Positions 51,874-55,695 of a stretch of DNA of 55,695 nucleotides are shown one piece after another. Position 1 is the stretch's first letter. Every line of letters begins with the position of its first letter. Origin of the DNA: an uncultured Desulfobacterales bacterium (GTDB taxonomy: Bacteria; Desulfobacterota; Desulfobacteria; Desulfobacterales; ETH-SRB1). The DNA lies in the NCBI GenBank assembly GCA_965195235.1, contig CBDAFK010000159.1:1-55695 (forward strand), in the 5' to 3' direction. The translations under genes and the position numbers were made by a program. The notes below the pieces were generated by a model. The model was not told where the DNA came from and searched no databases. It was given only the letters and a program-made list of their open reading frames with translations.

Positions 51874-51980
51874 GATAGGCTGTAGGCATTTAGGCTGTAG
51901 GCTGAAGGTTACAAAAACTAACAGCCTACAGTCTAAACAACATATAGCCTTCAGTCTAAAAGCCTACAGCCTAAACAACC
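51874..51980. repeat. Palindromic double array of aggctgNN units (forward 51874-51915, reverse 51920-51980)
   Basis: Read directly. Confidence 0.9.
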
Positions 51981-51995
51981 TGAGCAATTAAGATT

Positions 51996-52832
51996 ATGAC
52001 AACCAAATACCATACAATATTTATACTTGCGGCAATAGCAGCTCTGTCCTTTCTGTGTGTGGATATCTTTTACAAGACGCTCGATGCAAAACTTTCCGGA
52101 TTTCGGACGGAAGAGATATCCTTCAAAAAAACTGTCACACACAAGGCTGCAAGAAAACCGTCTCTTAATGCTTACAGGGTAATTTCAGACAGGAACCTGT
52201 TCGGTTCGATTGACAAAGCAGGTGGAAAAATACAGATCAATGTTGATGAGCTGGAACCAACAAAATTGGGGCTTGCCCTTCTTGGAACTGTTTCAGGCAC
52301 CGGAGGGTTTGACTTTGCAGTTATTGAAGAAAAGGACAAAAAAAAACAGGGTCTTTTCAAAGAGGGTGATAGCGTCGCAGCAGCTACCATCATCAGAATC
52401 ATGAGGGGCATTGTTGTTTTAAGAGTGGCTGACAGGGATGAGATACTGAAGATGGAGGAAGGCGATCATAGATCAAAGGTCGGAGGTCGGAGGTCAGAAG
52501 TCAGAGGTATAAAGAACGTAATAAAGGTAAAGAAAACCGATATCGACAACGCCTTTAAAAACATGGGGAAAATGCTTGCCCAGGTTCGCATAAGACCCTA
52601 TTTTTCCTCAGGAAAGTCGGACGGATTCATGGTAAGCAGAATAAAGCCCGGAAGCATCTTTCAGAAAATGGGCATGCAAAACGGGGATATTATACAGGGC
52701 GTTGACAACGAGCCAATTAAGAGCCCGGATGAAATGATGAAACTGTATAACGGGCTAAAATCCGGTTCAGAAATAAACCTTAACATCAAAAGAAAAGGAA
52801 GACAGGAAGAACTGAGTTATATATTCAAATAA
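51996..52832 (+). CDS. gspC: GspC-like protein with C-terminal PDZ domain; contains an in-frame 6-heptamer insertion
   Basis: N-terminal TM. PDZ-like ..GFMVSRIKPGSIFQKMGMQNGDIIQGVDNEPIKS... Heptamers at 52464-52505. Confidence 0.65.
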   Translation: MTTKYHTIFILAAIAALSFLCVDIFYKTLDAKLSGFRTEEISFKKTVTHKAARKPSLNAYRVISDRNLFGSIDKAGGKIQINVDELEPTKLGLALLGTVSGTGGFDFAVIEEKDKKKQGLFKEGDSVAAATIIRIMRGIVVLRVADRDEILKMEEGDHRSKVGGRRSEVRGIKNVIKVKKTDIDNAFKNMGKMLAQVRIRPYFSSGKSDGFMVSRIKPGSIFQKMGMQNGDIIQGVDNEPIKSPDEMMKLYNGLKSGSEINLNIKRKGRQEELSYIFK

Positions 52833-52910
52833 AACAGATCGTTGCTGGTTTATTTTGGAGCAAGGCCCGTGATGCCGTACGTTACGCAAACACGGTTTGC
52901 TCGCTCCATA

Positions 52911-53084
52911 TTTGTTGCTGGTTGCTCGTCAAAACTCCGAACCTTTGAACCTGTGAACCTTTGAACCTTTGAACCTTTGAACCTTGAACCTTTGAACCTT
53001 TGAACCTTGAACCCTGAACACCTGAGTTTTGAATGTTGAATATTGAATTTTAAATTCAAAATTATATTTAACCCTTGAACCTTT
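52911..53084. repeat. Array of cctttgaa/ccttgaa units (8/7 nt), plus gttgctg and ttgaat units
   Basis: Read directly. Confidence 0.9.
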
Positions 53085-53088
53085 ACTC

Positions 53089-54027
53089 ATGTATACATCA
53101 TATTTTGGTCTCAACGAAAATCCATTTAATCTGACTCCGGATCCCAGATATCTCTTTCTGAGTTCCCAGCACAGGGAAGCGCTCAACCATCTGATCTATG
53201 GGATAAATGAAAGAAAGGGGTTTGTTCTTATTACAGGGGGGATTGGGACAGGCAAGACTACAATCTCCAGGGCATTTCTGTCTGTTCTGGATAAATCGGT
53301 TGACAGCGCCCTGATTTTCAACTCCGCTGTCTCGGATATGGAACTTCTACAGACAATCAACAGGGAATTCGGAGTCAAATCAGAAAGGGGGAGGCCCACC
53401 AAAAAACGCCTTATCAGCGCCCTGAATGCATTTCTCCTGAAAAATTTCGCTGCCGGCAGAAATGCGGTCCTCCTGATAGATGAAGCGCAGAACCTCCCCT
53501 TAAGCGTCCTCGAACAGATACGGATGCTTTCAAATCTCGAAACCGACAGGGAAAAGCTGCTTCAGATAGCGCTTCTCGGTCAGCCGGAACTTCAAAAGCT
53601 CCTCGATCTGCCATCTTTAAAGCAGCTCAACGAAAGAATCACGGTAAGGTATGACCTCAAGCCTCTCAACAGCGAACAGGTCCGGCAATACATAGAACAC
53701 AGACTGATAATAGCCGCCGAAAATAATGGAATTTTACGATTTCCAGATGGTGTCTGCAAAATTATCCATGGCTACGCAGAGGGTATTCCCAGGCGCATCA
53801 ACGCAATCTGCGACAGAGCGCTCCTCATAGCCTATACCAGGGGCACTTCATCTATCGATAAAAATATAATAAGACAGGCAGTTGACGATATCGGCGGAAA
53901 TTATCTGAAAGGCAAAAACAGAAAAACAGACTTTCTGCTTGCAATCCTGCTTGCGCTTACCATTCTCGTGTCGGCAGGTATAATATTCAGGAATGACATA
54001 CTGAATTTTCTTAACGGAACTAACTGA
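53089..54027 (+). CDS. gspA: ExeA/GspA-type AAA ATPase
   Basis: YFGLNENPFNLTPDPRYLFLSSQHREAL and Walker A GGIGTGKTT, typical of ExeA/MshM. C-terminal TM. Confidence 0.85.
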   Translation: MYTSYFGLNENPFNLTPDPRYLFLSSQHREALNHLIYGINERKGFVLITGGIGTGKTTISRAFLSVLDKSVDSALIFNSAVSDMELLQTINREFGVKSERGRPTKKRLISALNAFLLKNFAAGRNAVLLIDEAQNLPLSVLEQIRMLSNLETDREKLLQIALLGQPELQKLLDLPSLKQLNERITVRYDLKPLNSEQVRQYIEHRLIIAAENNGILRFPDGVCKIIHGYAEGIPRRINAICDRALLIAYTRGTSSIDKNIIRQAVDDIGGNYLKGKNRKTDFLLAILLALTILVSAGIIFRNDILNFLNGTN

Positions 54028-54033
54028 GCAGAA

Positions 54034-54435
54034 ATGAGCTATATTAATGATGCCCTGAAGAAGGTGCAGAAAGAAAAAGATAGTCTCTATCAGCGCTACG
54101 GCAACATTATATCCGACCCTGTCTATCACCGGACCGGACGCGGAAAAAGGTGGATGATTACAGGCAGCGTGATTGTTTTGATTCTGCTTGCACTGTCGGT
54201 CTTTATACTGTTAAGATACAATGCCTCTTCGGGTACAGACAACAGCAACATGGCCATTATACAGGATGCAGGGGATAAGACAGAAGTCAGAAGTCGGAGG
54301 TCAGAGGCCAGAGATCAGAGGTCGGAGATCAGAAGTCAGAAGTCAGAGGTCAGAGGTCAGAGGTCGGAGGTCGGAGATCAGAGGTCGGAGGTCAGGGGTC
54401 AGGGGTCAGAAGTCAGAGGTCAGATGAAAATTTAA
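54034..54435 (+). CDS. GspB-like N-terminal domain, TM, and heptamer-array-encoded C-terminus
   Basis: MSYINDALKKVQKEKD resembles the GspB N-terminus. TM at VIVLILLALSVFILL. The C-terminal about 50 aa (SEVRxxR heptads) are encoded by the 54281-54420 array. Confidence 0.45.
   Translation: MSYINDALKKVQKEKDSLYQRYGNIISDPVYHRTGRGKRWMITGSVIVLILLALSVFILLRYNASSGTDNSNMAIIQDAGDKTEVRSRRSEARDQRSEIRSQKSEVRGQRSEVGDQRSEVRGQGSEVRGQMKI
54281..54424. repeat. 20 tandem heptamers cagaggt/cagaagt/cggaggt inside the ORF
   Basis: Units counted by hand. All three forward frames are open across the array. Confidence 0.95.
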
Positions 54436-54498
54436 CGGAAAACAGTGGAAACGGCAATGGACTTTATATTCGGATCGAAACGTGCTATCTTAATATGG

Positions 54499-55413
54499 AT
54501 GTCCGCCGACGCCCTGCCGACCGAAGACCGTCCCCAGCCCGAAGAGGACCGCCGCGTTGCCTTGCCGGCGATCTTGTTGCTGGCCACCTGTGTGTCGACG
54601 TTTTGGGTCGGCGCGGTCGATTGGAAGCCGATCAGCCATCTGGACGCCTTGTTCCGCGGGGCGTGGGAGGTTATCGATTGGCGGCAAGGACTGCTCTACA
54701 TGGTAGTCGTGCTGGCGGTGCTGCTGACGCACGAGATGGGCCACTTCCTGATGGCCCTACGACACCGGATCCCCGCCAGCTTGCCCTATTTCATTCCCGT
54801 GCCGGTGATACCCTTCGGTACGCTCGGGGCGGTGATCGGCATGGAAGGCTCGCGGGCGAACCGCCGCGAGTTGTTCGACCTCGGCGTGGCCGGGCCGCTG
54901 GCCGGCCTGGCCGTGACGCTGCCGATCGCCTGGATCGGCATCCGGATGCTTAAGCTCGACCCGCCCATGCCCGGCGAGATATGCTTCCACAATCCGCTGC
55001 TGCTGCAATACATGATCGCTTGGATCCAGCCCGAATTCGTCGATCCGAGCAGATTTTATCTCGGTCAGTTCAATCCCTATTTAATGGCCGGCTGGGTGGG
55101 GATGTTCGTGACGGGCCTGAACATGCTGCCGGTCAGCCAATTCGACGGCGGGCACGTGGCCTATGCTCTGCTGGGCCGCCGCCGCGCCCACTGGCTGGCC
55201 CGGGGGCTGTTGGTCGGGGCGATCCTGTTCGTCCTCTACAACGAGCTATACGGATGGGTGATCCTGTTGGTGCTGGTGATCCTAATGGGCGTTGACCATC
55301 CGCCCACGGCCGACGACCGCTGTAAGATGGGCTGGCTGCGGATGGCGATCGGCTGGCTGGCGATCTTGATCCCCGTCTTTTGCTTCCCACCGTGGGGCAT
55401 CACGGCTCAGTAA
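54499..55413 (+). CDS. Site-2 protease family (M50) membrane metalloprotease, GC-rich
   Basis: HEMGHFLMA (HExxH) in a TM helix. Multi-TM. The NMLPVSQFDGGH motif matches the NxxPxxxLDG second site. The start is chosen at the first ATG inside the GC-rich segment. Confidence 0.8.
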   Translation: MSADALPTEDRPQPEEDRRVALPAILLLATCVSTFWVGAVDWKPISHLDALFRGAWEVIDWRQGLLYMVVVLAVLLTHEMGHFLMALRHRIPASLPYFIPVPVIPFGTLGAVIGMEGSRANRRELFDLGVAGPLAGLAVTLPIAWIGIRMLKLDPPMPGEICFHNPLLLQYMIAWIQPEFVDPSRFYLGQFNPYLMAGWVGMFVTGLNMLPVSQFDGGHVAYALLGRRRAHWLARGLLVGAILFVLYNELYGWVILLVLVILMGVDHPPTADDRCKMGWLRMAIGWLAILIPVFCFPPWGITAQ

Positions 55414-55506
55414 TCTGTCGCCGGCGGGGCAGCATCCTCGTTTAACGTCGGGTGGCACGTCCCTGAGCGCCGCGAAGGGCGTGGTGCGTCACGACTCAAT
55501 AAGATT

Positions 55507-55533
55507 GTAGGACAGGTTGCCAACCTGTCCTAC
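55507..55533. terminator. 12-bp perfect hairpin gtaggacaggtt-gcc-aacctgtcctac
   Basis: Read directly. Lies downstream of the M50 gene with no U-tract, so terminator function is uncertain. Confidence 0.35.
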
Positions 55534-55633
55534 GAACTCAAGACCTCATTCTTGAGTAAGCGTCCGCCCGATCCATGCTTGACGGCTGTGGTAGGCTGGT
55601 GGCATTCAGTCTTAGCTGCCAAGGAGTCACGTT

Positions 55634-55695
55634 ATGGGTAAACCCGGTCGGCCTGGTCCGAGTCTTGACGACTACTTGTACTGGCAGGAGCGTTT
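55634..55695 (+). CDS. 5' end of an unknown CDS (runs off window)
   Basis: ATG 55634 lies 7 nt after SD aaggag. Open to the end of the window (MGKPGRPGPSLDDYLYWQER). Confidence 0.3.
   Translation, partial: MGKPGRPGPSLDDYLYWQER

Noticed and set aside
54495-55390. Multiple overlapping ORFs on both strands in the GC-rich tail (54495-54953, 54981-55295, 54490-54744 -, 54757-55008 -, 55133-55390 -)
   Set aside because: They are Arg/Pro/Gly-rich shadow ORFs typical of high-GC DNA. Only the frame containing HEMGH and coherent TM helices (54499-55413) looks coding.

Overview
55.7-kb window from a diderm bacterium, as shown by TonB-dependent receptors, TolC/MacAB and T2SS pseudopilins. Hand-sampled GC is about 40-50%. 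An anaerobic Desulfobacterota-like origin is only a guess. Gene content in order:
- 1-8.8 kb: an uptake/regulatory block. It holds two TonB-dependent receptors, a periplasmic binding protein, a TPR protein, a radical SAM/SPASM enzyme preceded by an unannotated 51-codon Cys-containing ORF and a Y-shaped RNA structure, and an ECF sigma/anti-sigma/Spy-like trio.
- 9-16.8 kb: an unusual co-directional module. It combines three DUF4198-like periplasmic proteins, a NapH/CcoG-like membrane polyferredoxin, an HgdB/DCCP-like Fe-S enzyme with its HgdC-type ATPase activator, and a CcdA/DsbD-like membrane protein.
- 17-21.7 kb: a TolC-MacA-MacB exporter.
- 22.7-27.7 kb: a flavodoxin/HutW-like radical SAM/YbaN operon and a 669-aa protein made of 34-residue repeats. 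Each is preceded by the same roughly 93-nt terminator-containing leader.
- 28-31.6 kb: a transposase remnant, an S8 protease and an MntA/HepT pair.
- 32-39 kb: a minus-strand cluster of unknown secreted proteins with a PilZ protein and a REC-LuxR regulator.
- 39.4-42.8 kb: a Y1 (IS200/RAYT-like) transposase flanked by perfect 24-bp inverted repeats, two VapBC-type pairs and gene remnants.
- 42.9-44.9 kb: a CPBP protease and a HEAT membrane protein.
- 45.2-54.4 kb: a partial T2SS-like operon (gspI-J-K-L-M-N-C-A-B).

The most striking global feature is that most intergenic spacers of the plus-strand operons, and a few elsewhere, hold tandem arrays of 7- or 8-nt units, often in inverted orientation. 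Three of these arrays carry four-helix-bundle (23S-rRNA-IVS-protein family) genes as cargo, and two extend in frame into coding sequence. The last 1.2 kb (from about 54.5 kb) is abruptly GC-rich and array-free, which suggests a chimeric join or a foreign segment. No tRNA, rRNA or CRISPR array was recognised.
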